Shown one piece after another: positions 35,739-45,600 of a stretch of 64,000 nucleotides of DNA. The DNA comes from a virus. The stretch spans positions 38,496 through 102,495 of the IMG/VR virus record IMGVR_UViG_3300021963_009388; one strand, written 5' to 3'. The stretch's first letter is position 1; every line of letters begins with the position of its first letter. The position numbers and the translations under genes were made by a program. The notes beneath the pieces are model-generated. The model was not told the origin of the DNA, did not search any database, and worked only from the letters and a program-made list of their open reading frames with translations.

Positions 35739-38330
35739 ATGAGCAGTCCTAGTAAATTTGAGTTGTTTGGTTCCGCCATGGGAAAAAAAGCAGCACAGCT
35801 TCCTGCTCCTGCAGAGCCCGATGCTCCGGATGAGCCTAAGCCTGACCCTTTTGGGCTTATAAACGACGGCAAGGCTAACAAAAAGCTGCTTGCTGACCCT
35901 ACAGCCCCAGGGGTAAAAACTAATAAAGACGTTCCCAAAGATCGGTACGGCCGGGACGAAAATAACCGGTTTTATAGTAAAAATGATTCGAGCCCGATTA
36001 ATCCAGGAACGGGCCGTATCAACACTATAGACGACGCATATGAGCGCAAAGGTAAATCTATTCCTCCCTACTCAGTTAAACCCATCTACAGTGCTAACAG
36101 CGGTCAACCTAATTACTTTTCTACACCGGCTGGAAGACAGCTATTACCTAACAGCAATTTGGAATCGTCTTTTTTTCGTCCCCTTATAAAGGACACGGAC
36201 AATCGAATTGAAAAAGAACTTGATGCTATTGAGCCCCTAGCCAAAGCAAAGGAGTACCATACTAAAAACACGGATAACCCTTTAATATCGTCAAAGTATA
36301 TGGAGAGCGTAAAAAACCGTTACAAAGAGCAAGCCGCAAAGCATTCGGATAACCTTTTCCCTTGGATCAGGCCCGGTGAGGATCCTGAAGAGGTTTTATC
36401 TAGGCCAGGAGTTGTGAGAGAGCAGAATAAGGCGTTCGGCGACCACTTAGAATATCCTATAAGGAAAGGAACAATCGACCAACGCAGAAGCCAAGACCCT
36501 GACGATCCATCAGAGTATTTTGAAGGAACAGAGTCTGTACTAGGCAGATATCCTTCACAGATGTCAGTTGCAGATTTGCACCCTGTAACTTTAGGAAGCT
36601 TAGATTCAATTAACGGAGCACAGGACCCTAGAACAAGGAATCTATCTCCTCCCTTTCTAACAAAGCTAAACCCGTCTCCGGCTTACCCTACAAGCGCCTT
36701 AGACCCAATGACTGGCCGATTTAACTTCTCCCCAAAAGGGCTTGACCCAGAAAAGCAAAGAGCTATAGAGCGAGCTAATTTAGCAGGAAAATTTTTAGGA
36801 TCCAATATGAACTATGGCGGTATGCCAGATATAAGGTATCACAATTTCTTAGGGCCCGAGTTTCATTATGGGTCGGGAAGACCAGACGATTTTTCAAGGC
36901 GTGTTGGCGAAAATGAAACCCAAATGGGCCAATACGTTCGTCATAACATTAAAGGAAAAGTTCATGCGGATACAGTTGATAGCTTAATCCAAGATAGAGA
37001 AATGATTAAAAAATATAGGGATGCAGGCTCAGAATACCCATATATAAGCTCAAATAAACTTATAAGAGGTGACAAGGGCTGGCAAAGAGTATCGGATAAA
37101 GAAAATGAGGTTGATCCAAAAGGGCGTTTTGATTCAGACTACGATATAAGATATTTAAAGATGTTGATTAACCGCAAAATTAGTGAAAAAGGAGAGCTAA
37201 AGCCTAGCCCATTAAGCAACTTCTATGATAATGTTATTCGAGCTATTACTGGAGCGGAAGACAGGCCTTCTGCTCCGGGTTTCCTTAAGTACAGAATAGG
37301 CATTCCCGGGTCTTTTAATCCAGAAAATATTGAGCCCCCTAAGCCGCTTGCCACGACATCTCGAGCTAGCATGTTATCTGAGTTAAAGGAGCCACCTAAA
37401 GTTTTGCCGACTACAAATAGCATAGAAGAAGCTATAAAGCGAAGCCCTGATAAACTTAACACTTTTTTTAATTCTCTTAGCAATTCAGCGTTTGGTTCCA
37501 TGAGCAATAGAAGAACACCTACTTATATTGGCCCAAGGACCGAACGTAGGATAAATAATCTCGCTATAGGGGATAACACTAACCAGCCTGACCTTCAGGG
37601 CTCAGACTTAGAGTTTATAGGGCGAATCAATAGCCCATTAAATAAGCTTAAGACTGATGTTAATGGCAAAGTTCTGCCCAGTATAATGAAAGCAGAAACT
37701 GGGTTGCTTCCCCAGACATTTTCAAGAGACGACGATGCTCCTGAAGACTCACCAGACCCAAGACTAGTAGACCTTAAATTTTCTGATTTGTATACTCCCG
37801 AAAACGTTAATATCGCTGCTGCAAATAAATTGATAAGAGGTGACGCAGGCTTTCAGTTAATAGGATCAGCTCAAAATGAAGGCCTTAAATATTCTCCAAA
37901 TACAAACAGAACTAGAGGCGAGGGTAGCGACTCTCCTCGCAATGAAGAGCTTTATGCTAAGCCTCAGGCTTTTCTATCAAATCTAGCACAGATTTTGGCT
38001 ACGTCTCATGCCATGCATGAAATTCCTGGTATCAAACCTGTGAAGTTAGACCTGCTATCCGATCTTAATTCTCAGCAGATAGCTGACATAGTCAAACAAG
38101 ATGACCTGTTTGGAGTAGGTAAAAAAGACATTCTTTCATGGCTATCGTCTAATTCTCCTAATGCTACGGCCTTCCTAAACAGCCTGCAACAAGAACACCA
38201 ACCTACTTGGAAAGAAGAGGCTACTTTATATCCTTCAGAGAAAGAAAAAATTAAGAACCCATTAGAGGTCCCAATGCAACAAAAGATTATGCCAAGCCGT
38301 AGTCGGCTCATAAAAAGTATTGAAGGTTAG
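35739..38330 (+). CDS. leader-family B protein (FELFGSAMGKKAA), 863 aa
   Basis: Divergent leader; internal repeat NKLIRGD.G.Q twice. Confidence 0.7.
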   Translation: MSSPSKFELFGSAMGKKAAQLPAPAEPDAPDEPKPDPFGLINDGKANKKLLADPTAPGVKTNKDVPKDRYGRDENNRFYSKNDSSPINPGTGRINTIDDAYERKGKSIPPYSVKPIYSANSGQPNYFSTPAGRQLLPNSNLESSFFRPLIKDTDNRIEKELDAIEPLAKAKEYHTKNTDNPLISSKYMESVKNRYKEQAAKHSDNLFPWIRPGEDPEEVLSRPGVVREQNKAFGDHLEYPIRKGTIDQRRSQDPDDPSEYFEGTESVLGRYPSQMSVADLHPVTLGSLDSINGAQDPRTRNLSPPFLTKLNPSPAYPTSALDPMTGRFNFSPKGLDPEKQRAIERANLAGKFLGSNMNYGGMPDIRYHNFLGPEFHYGSGRPDDFSRRVGENETQMGQYVRHNIKGKVHADTVDSLIQDREMIKKYRDAGSEYPYISSNKLIRGDKGWQRVSDKENEVDPKGRFDSDYDIRYLKMLINRKISEKGELKPSPLSNFYDNVIRAITGAEDRPSAPGFLKYRIGIPGSFNPENIEPPKPLATTSRASMLSELKEPPKVLPTTNSIEEAIKRSPDKLNTFFNSLSNSAFGSMSNRRTPTYIGPRTERRINNLAIGDNTNQPDLQGSDLEFIGRINSPLNKLKTDVNGKVLPSIMKAETGLLPQTFSRDDDAPEDSPDPRLVDLKFSDLYTPENVNIAAANKLIRGDAGFQLIGSAQNEGLKYSPNTNRTRGEGSDSPRNEELYAKPQAFLSNLAQILATSHAMHEIPGIKPVKLDLLSDLNSQQIADIVKQDDLFGVGKKDILSWLSSNSPNATAFLNSLQQEHQPTWKEEATLYPSEKEKIKNPLEVPMQQKIMPSRSRLIKSIEG

Positions 38331-38367
38331 CAGCATAGGTTTAAATAACAATAGCTAAGGTGATAGC

Positions 38368-40377
38368 ATGCACAGGCTTGAACAAGATGAAGAACCAACG
38401 CTTAAGGGCAAGCCTAAACGATCTAGTGATGAGGCTAGGCTAGAGGCAGCCCATAAGGCACGCACTGGGCTAGGGCCGCTTGAGTCCGCGTACGTAGCTG
38501 ACGCCGTCGGTGCTAGAGCTGGGTCAAGAAAAGTAGACCTGTTAAGAGCTCTATCAAAGTCACCTGACTACCCTCACAAAGATCTTTTCAGCCAGCTATT
38601 ACTTGCTGGTAATAATGCCAGCTTTGGTAAGAACATGTATGAGCGTATAGACAGAGGTGCTTCCAGGTTAGCTGAAAACCCTAAGCTTCGACTGCTCTCT
38701 GCGTTTGATCCTACTAGCGAAGAAGGTTTTCCAGGGCTAGTAGATTTAACGTCTGCGTTTGGCGGCTCAGCTGAGTCTATAATAAACTCCAAGCGAAGAG
38801 CTGGAGAAGCCTACGCTAAGTTCCTTAAAAAACATCAAGACAAGCTAGACCCAAATGCTGAGCCAACTGCTAGAGAGACTCCATGGCATGTAGACATGCA
38901 AGCAGTCTTGGCAAACCTAGACTCTGATGTAGCCGGCCACACCTACATGCGTAATGAAAGCCCTTATCATTACTGGCTTAACCCTATGAGCAAGTCAGGG
39001 CCTATTAAAGAGGTGTTAGACCGTGCGTCTAGAAGGTCTATAGCTTCAGCTACTCGCCCTGAGAGCGGTTTAGGCAGATTTGCTGCAACGGTGGCAGCCC
39101 CTCTTACATTTGGGCTTGCTCCTCTTGTTTTAGGAGGAGAAGCCGCACAGCAGAAGCTTAGATCCGCAGCTGTGAAGAACAATCTCTATGCCCCAGAGGC
39201 TCAGCCCGAGTTGAAGGCTGCTTCTTTCGGAGCCTATATGGCAAAGAGAGCATATCGTGTAAAGACTGCAGCTAACGCTTCTGGAATACTAAGTGGAGCT
39301 CTTTTAGGCGGCGGCATTGGAGCTATAGGTGGTGGCTTAGCTGGCGCTATAAACCCAGGCTACACTGATGAGCTTGAAACTGAAGGACCGTCGAATAGGC
39401 GCAAATACTACTTAGACGAAAATAAAAACAGAGTGCCTTATTACGTAGACGACGAAGGGGACCCTCTGCTTAAGACTAGAGGAAGGCTAAGTGGAGCTTT
39501 TCTTGGTGGGTTAAGCGGATTAGGGTGGGGCGGCTTAATCGGAGGAGTTCTAGGAAATAGAATAGGGTCAGCCCGAGCCGCTACAGGTATTCCTGCTCGA
39601 CCTGAGTCAGGTAGCATAAATCAGTCTACAGGAGTTATGGCGCCTGAATCGTCAGGCACTGTAACCTTAAATCCTTACTTAGCTAAGATTTATGCTAAAA
39701 TTCCTGGAGGTTTGAAGGCCGTAGCGGCCGCTGCTCAAGAGCATGGAAACAAAGCTAAAGAGCAAGGGTTTGTAACTTGGGATAAAAGTTCTTTAGACAA
39801 CCCTGTAAGCATTAGTAATTACCCTTCTGATTGGGCACAAATAGCCCCCCAAGCAGGATACGACCCTTCTTCACCTAATCTTAGAGGTGTTACGCAGTCT
39901 ATCGATCCATTCGGCTTTCCGCTAGGCACACCCAATGTTTATATAAACCCTAACGGCACCGATAAAGTACAAACCTACGGGCATGAGCTAAGCCACGCAG
40001 CTTTAAAGAGTAAGGCTTTACAGCCTAGATCTCCCATAGGAGACGTGAGTGAGTTTGTAAGAAGTCTTAAAGGTAAGTTTAGTAATGCTTCTGAAGATTA
40101 TTTAAAGGGTGCTGTAAGCTATGTGTTTAGACCAGAAGAGTGGAAGGCTCATTTAGCCGAAATTAAAAGAGAGGCGGCGCTTAACGGAATTCATATAGAC
40201 GATAGAGCTAAGGCTCTGGACGCATTACTAAATGCAGGTAAAAATCCTAAAGGCGACGTCCTAAGGACTCTTATGCCTGAAATAATGAAAAATCCAAAGC
40301 TTTTAGAGAAGGCTATATTGCAGCTGCTGTACATAGTTAAAGGCGACAGCGTAAAGCCTAAAGGAGCGTACGCGTAA
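38368..40377 (+). CDS. multi-module protein with internal leader B, glycine zippers and a zincin-like HExxH domain
   Basis: KAASFGAYMAKRA...KTAA; GALLGGGIGAIGGGLAG; YGHELSH...EE. Confidence 0.72.
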   Translation: MHRLEQDEEPTLKGKPKRSSDEARLEAAHKARTGLGPLESAYVADAVGARAGSRKVDLLRALSKSPDYPHKDLFSQLLLAGNNASFGKNMYERIDRGASRLAENPKLRLLSAFDPTSEEGFPGLVDLTSAFGGSAESIINSKRRAGEAYAKFLKKHQDKLDPNAEPTARETPWHVDMQAVLANLDSDVAGHTYMRNESPYHYWLNPMSKSGPIKEVLDRASRRSIASATRPESGLGRFAATVAAPLTFGLAPLVLGGEAAQQKLRSAAVKNNLYAPEAQPELKAASFGAYMAKRAYRVKTAANASGILSGALLGGGIGAIGGGLAGAINPGYTDELETEGPSNRRKYYLDENKNRVPYYVDDEGDPLLKTRGRLSGAFLGGLSGLGWGGLIGGVLGNRIGSARAATGIPARPESGSINQSTGVMAPESSGTVTLNPYLAKIYAKIPGGLKAVAAAAQEHGNKAKEQGFVTWDKSSLDNPVSISNYPSDWAQIAPQAGYDPSSPNLRGVTQSIDPFGFPLGTPNVYINPNGTDKVQTYGHELSHAALKSKALQPRSPIGDVSEFVRSLKGKFSNASEDYLKGAVSYVFRPEEWKAHLAEIKREAALNGIHIDDRAKALDALLNAGKNPKGDVLRTLMPEIMKNPKLLEKAILQLLYIVKGDSVKPKGAYA

Positions 40378-41882
40378 TGTCAGACTTAATTAAAAAAGCC
40401 ATAGAGGTCATTCAAACTTTTGATAAGAGAGTCAGGCAACCTCATTTTCCTAATGCAGCTAATAGAATGTCCTCTTCTATTAAGCTAGACGCAGCTACAT
40501 CATTAGCTAAAGCTATGGAGCTAGGCGCCCGCCACGGCGCTCTATCAAACACTAGAGTTGAGCTCAATGGTACTAAGCTAAATGATATAGGCGCAAGAGT
40601 TAGAGCAAACCCTAGAAACTCAGCGTCTTACAAGAGAAACTTCACCAACCCGTATGGCAAGGTTGTTGATAACATGAACGAAGAGGGTGAGTATAGCATA
40701 GATGAGGAAGGTAACCTCGTTAAGTCATTTGAAGGTGCTAAGTTTGAAGGTTCGCAAGAGTTCGGAGATGCCTATCACACAACTGCAGACAATGTCTGGC
40801 TTCCATCAGGCAACCCAGGCGTCATGATGCACGAACTAGGTCACGCCATAGACTTTAACGAGTATCCTAAAGATAGCTTCATGAGGCGTGGTATGGCTTC
40901 TACGTACAAAGCCTTAGCGCCTACCTTATGGACGGAGCACGCTGCTTGGAGAAAAGGCAAGGACAGACTTCTAACTGGAGCTGCCAAGTCTAAGCTGAAC
41001 CCAGAGCTTCTAGTCAAAACCTTAGAGCAAGCGGCTAGAACTAGGCCCATGGGTTTGGGCAGTTACTGGGGCAAAGACATAGGTGGAGTTTTAGGCGCAG
41101 CCACTGGAGGAGCTGCCGGCCTTGCTGGCGGGTTACTTTTGAGTGATTCATTCGGAAACTCTAGAGGATCCATTAGGGCAGCCGGTAGGTTCGCTGGGCT
41201 TGGTCTGTTATTAGGAGGTGCTCTAGGCGCCGTTGGAGGAGCTAGCTTAGGCTCGTCTTGGGGTAAGTCATATGGGGAGAAGGATTCACTAGGTGATGAA
41301 AAAGCCGTACAGAAATACATGAACGAGTATGCAAGAGCGTACTCAAGAGAGTATAATGTCCCACAAGATGAGGCGCTTAGACAAATAGAGGCGCTAAGAG
41401 AAACTATAAAAGCAAAAGTTAAGAACAAACAAACAGCTGGAGCTAAAAGTATGGGTAGTTTACAAAAAGCAGCAGCCTTCGGGGCTATGATGGGAAAAAT
41501 GTTTGGCGCTGTAATGAATAAGAGCGCCGACTTAGGCACGAAACCTGGCATAGGTGAAATAGAAAAGGTTGTGAAGCCTGCTCCACCTCCGGTCAATCCA
41601 GGGGTTGCGTTAGAAACGCCACGAATACTTCGTAGTGAGCTTAACCATGAGTTTATTCAGCCGGCTGCTTTAGGCGTGTCTCTAGCGGCGGGCTATTTAC
41701 AGCGCCCTAAGAGCTTGCCTGACATGGCTGTAAAAGGGGCTATTGGCGTCGGCAAATATATTAATAACGCAAATAAGGCAGGTGAACCTTTAATACCTGA
41801 TTTTAGAGGTTTAAAACATGGGTTACAGAATATTATGCAGGGCCGGCCCGTCCCTAAACGAAAAGATGCGGGTAAAGGATAA
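40377..41882 (+). CDS. protein with zincin-like HExxH domain, glycine zipper and internal leader B
   Basis: MMHELGHAID...TEHAAW; LQKAAAFGAMMGK at about 41460. Confidence 0.72.
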   Translation: MSDLIKKAIEVIQTFDKRVRQPHFPNAANRMSSSIKLDAATSLAKAMELGARHGALSNTRVELNGTKLNDIGARVRANPRNSASYKRNFTNPYGKVVDNMNEEGEYSIDEEGNLVKSFEGAKFEGSQEFGDAYHTTADNVWLPSGNPGVMMHELGHAIDFNEYPKDSFMRRGMASTYKALAPTLWTEHAAWRKGKDRLLTGAAKSKLNPELLVKTLEQAARTRPMGLGSYWGKDIGGVLGAATGGAAGLAGGLLLSDSFGNSRGSIRAAGRFAGLGLLLGGALGAVGGASLGSSWGKSYGEKDSLGDEKAVQKYMNEYARAYSREYNVPQDEALRQIEALRETIKAKVKNKQTAGAKSMGSLQKAAAFGAMMGKMFGAVMNKSADLGTKPGIGEIEKVVKPAPPPVNPGVALETPRILRSELNHEFIQPAALGVSLAAGYLQRPKSLPDMAVKGAIGVGKYINNANKAGEPLIPDFRGLKHGLQNIMQGRPVPKRKDAGKG

Positions 41883-41904
41883 TCATTAAACAAGAGTACT
41901 AACC

Positions 41905-42651
41905 ATGAACAGATTACAGAAAGCAGCAGCCTTCGGGGCCATGATGGGAAAGAGAGCTAGCTTAGTTAAAAAAGCAGACCGCTTTTACGACGGTGCTCCA
42001 GGTAAAAAATACGGCGACCCAAGCTTAAGGGCACCAGCCGAGTTGAGCGCAAATCAGGTCCGGGCTAATGAGCAGCTGCAAGGTAACGTGCCTATACCTG
42101 GAGTTCAAGAAGGGCCAGCCGGAAAGAACAGGGACATGGCTAGAATGCAGCACTATGGTAGAGATCAATCCAATGCTGATATAGCTAATTTAAAACCAAA
42201 TACGTTAGCCGCCGAGCGCTCTGCTCAACAAAAAGATAGTGATGGTAAAGCTATTTCAACAGTGGCTTCAATGCTGCCTTTCAGCCGCGTGGCAAATGTT
42301 CCCCTAAGCCGTGCACCGTTGACCCAAGCTCCTAGACCTATTGCTGCTGCAAAAAGTCCTGAATGGGCCGGTTATGACCCATCAAAGACGATCGGTCCAG
42401 ACAACGTCTCCCAGTTTAGAGATAGATTTGCTAATTCATTTGCTAACTCTAGGAAGGGGTCAATCAAGCCACCCACGCCGCCCATGCCGTCTAGCTTTGA
42501 CCCAATGAAAACTATTCGTCCAAATGATACTATGCCGCCTGGTTACACCCCTGTATCTATCCCTGCTGATGATGCAATGCGTCAGTGGGGCTGGAAGTTC
42601 TCCGATAAGCCGCCAGTAGGAAAGCCATTTACTAAACTTCCAAACCAATAA
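41905..42651 (+). CDS. leader-family B protein (MNRLQKAAAFGAMMGKRASLVKKA)
   Basis: Shared leader. Confidence 0.75.
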   Translation: MNRLQKAAAFGAMMGKRASLVKKADRFYDGAPGKKYGDPSLRAPAELSANQVRANEQLQGNVPIPGVQEGPAGKNRDMARMQHYGRDQSNADIANLKPNTLAAERSAQQKDSDGKAISTVASMLPFSRVANVPLSRAPLTQAPRPIAAAKSPEWAGYDPSKTIGPDNVSQFRDRFANSFANSRKGSIKPPTPPMPSSFDPMKTIRPNDTMPPGYTPVSIPADDAMRQWGWKFSDKPPVGKPFTKLPNQ

Positions 42652-42661
42652 GGTTGTTTTA

Positions 42662-45600
42662 ATGACCATACCCCCGCTATCATTAGGCATCACTAAAGGC
42701 GCTGAGTGGCTCAAGGCTCTTCACGCTGAGATGTTCACGTACGGGCAGTCTCACGGGTATATGAACAAGAATGCAGAGCACACCTCGGTTCACGCTCTTG
42801 CTGGTAGGCTGCAGGCAGGACCTAGCGGTAACTTAGAACTAACTGTGCCTTCTTCGCTTATCAAAGGTGTCTTTGACGCCCTAGATGAGCCAGGGGCTGA
42901 GTTCGTAGTGCGTAACAATAGGACTGAGTCTGCTATTAAGGTCATGACCAAGGAAGAAGTAGACAAGCTAGGCGGAACTAGCCATATCACTGAGCGTGGG
43001 CACTCTTATCACTACACTCTTGGCCCCATAGTTGAGCTGCCTGCAACAGGTGAGTATGAAAAGCTATGGGCTATTTCTATTAAGAGCGATGACCTAGAGT
43101 CCATCCGACGAAGCTACGGATTGGAGACGTCTCCACAACTGGGGTTCTACATACCCGTGGGATGTAAGAAGAAAAGAGTTACTGAGAGCAATGATGTAAG
43201 TAAGCTGGCCGGCGTATACACAGCCTCAGGTGAGAAGGTACAAGGCGTAGGCCTTAGAAAGATGTATCACTCCTTATTAGAGGAGCAGGGCCTTCCAGGC
43301 TTAGGCGTTAACAACGAAGACACAGGCGATGTTGAGTTGTCCTTTGACGGTGATGAAGCTAAGAGACAAGAAGTGTTTAATCAGCTAGGCTCTAGGGTGC
43401 AGGCCAAGACAGGACATCCAGTAACGTTTGCCCCTGTGGACATTCCTCAATCCTCGGTACCAGTAAAGCTAACAAACAAAGACACTGAACGGCTCAACGC
43501 CATACACCATTTAGCTTATCGCATGTCTAATATGTATGACCCAGCTGACTCGTCCCTTGACTCCAATGATGACTTTAAGCAGAAGCTAGCAGATAGGTTT
43601 CGGTTGCAGGTCAATCAGCGTGGTCTAAAAGGTACAGTACCAAGCAGGGCGGCTGAGCAGCTATTAGGGACTAGGCCGATGTATGAGGGCATGATGCCAG
43701 CTCGAAGGACTCGCAGTGAAGAAGAAGCATTGAGCGATATGGCTGAAGCGCAGAAACGTAGACTGATGAAGGCGCTTAGCGGTGGTAGAGGCTTCCTAGC
43801 TCCTAATGAGAGCGGCATAAGTAAGCTGGCTAGCCTACTTAAAAGCGCTGGAGAAACCTTTAAGTACTCAGACAAAGTAGGAGTAGACCCAGAGCCAAAG
43901 CTAAAGATTCCCGCCCAGAATTTCTATCCGCCAGGTAGTTCTACTCTCAAAGCTGTGCCCAAGCTTGCACCTACTGCTCCTAAGCCTAGTATCACAAGTA
44001 CTAGTTTTAGCCCATTGAAGCCTAGCAATACCGGCACACCAGAGTTTCACCCAGGGCCTGACTATGAACGAGGGGATTATCAGCGGCAGTTGCAGGGCCA
44101 GCCTAGCGATGCCAAATATAAGCCACTGCCTGAGGAAGCCCCTCTTGGTAATACCTCAATGGATTTTTCTTATCTAGCTGCGCCTTTCGTTAGTAAATCT
44201 CTTAGAAGCCTTTGGGATATTTCAAATCTTAAAGGAGTAAAGGCTATGCCGTCTGTTAAATACGGGCTTCCAGCGTTAGGGGTTACTTCTGCAGTAGCTG
44301 CAGCTATACCAGGCATAAAGACCACCTATGACGCCATAGCTAGGGCTCCTCAAGATATACTGGACACCATATACCGAGGTGCAGGATTTCCTAGAATAGG
44401 TAAGGATTCTAGACGTTCAAGCGCAGACACGGGTACGCTCTTAGGCAAAGGCACGGGCGATAGTTTAGGCTCAGCGCCAAGGGCCGAAAATATAAAGTTC
44501 CCAGAGCTTAAAGAAGTCCCATTTTCTATTATAGGTAAAGACAATGCTACTGTTAGTTTTGCTAGGGACTTAGGCTGGGACGTAGGTAAGCAAATTCTTA
44601 GTAACGCTTTACACCAGGGCCTCAACGCTTATTCCACTTCTAAGGAAGGGCCAAAAGGCCCATTTGGATTTACGCCTAGTGCGCAGCTAAGTGATGCTGC
44701 GGCTAGAGCTGCTGCCGCCGCCGCCGCTGAGTATACTGATAAAGCAGGTCCGGATTACGCAGCCGCTTATCAAAGGCACTTAAACGAATTCTTAAAGGTG
44801 AATAAAGGAGAAACTGCGCTTGATACTTCAGGATTGTCTGACCCTTTACTATCACAGGGAAACAAAGACAGGCTTAATACTCTTAGCGCCATTAGAAGAC
44901 TGCCGCTTCCTTTTGAGCTGAAGGGCAATCCTCACTTTTTAAAAGAAGTTATGGACAAGTACACGCCAAACCTTGGTGAAACAGCTTGGGACTTAGTGTT
45001 TAAAGGCCGCGAAGACGCGGCCAAGCTTCGTGAAAACGCAGCCAATGCTGCCGCCTTCAAGGCCCGCTTAAAAGACAAGAACTTTATAACGGAGACAGGC
45101 AAAGGGGCTATAAAAGGCGATGAGATGGGCAATACAGCTGGGCGCCCTCTTCCAAGCCCAGATGACAAGTCAAAAATCCCTAGAGCAAATCCTATAAATC
45201 CTGTAGAGCAGCCATGGCTGAGAAAGGAGATGTCAGAGGGAGCTTCTAGGCTAGGCAAAGGAATTTCAGATTCTCTTATACCTCCTAGACCTAAAGGCCA
45301 GCAACCCCCTGCTATGTTCCCTCAAATTAGAAAGCTTATCGAAGATTTAGGTGATGCTGCGATGAAGACTAATAAGTCAGCTGGCATAACAGAAGGCGAG
45401 GATACCCCTTCTCCTGTTATTCCACCTATTAGTCTACCATCTTATAAACCGCCCTCAGGGCTACCGGCTCCTCCTCCGCCTCCTGGAACAGATTTTAATG
45501 CTATGTGGGATACCTGGTCAAAGGGAAAGCCAAAAGATGGCTGGGGTAATGACGCTACGATTAATCGTAATCGCCCTGCTAAACCGACTCCCGACGAGCC

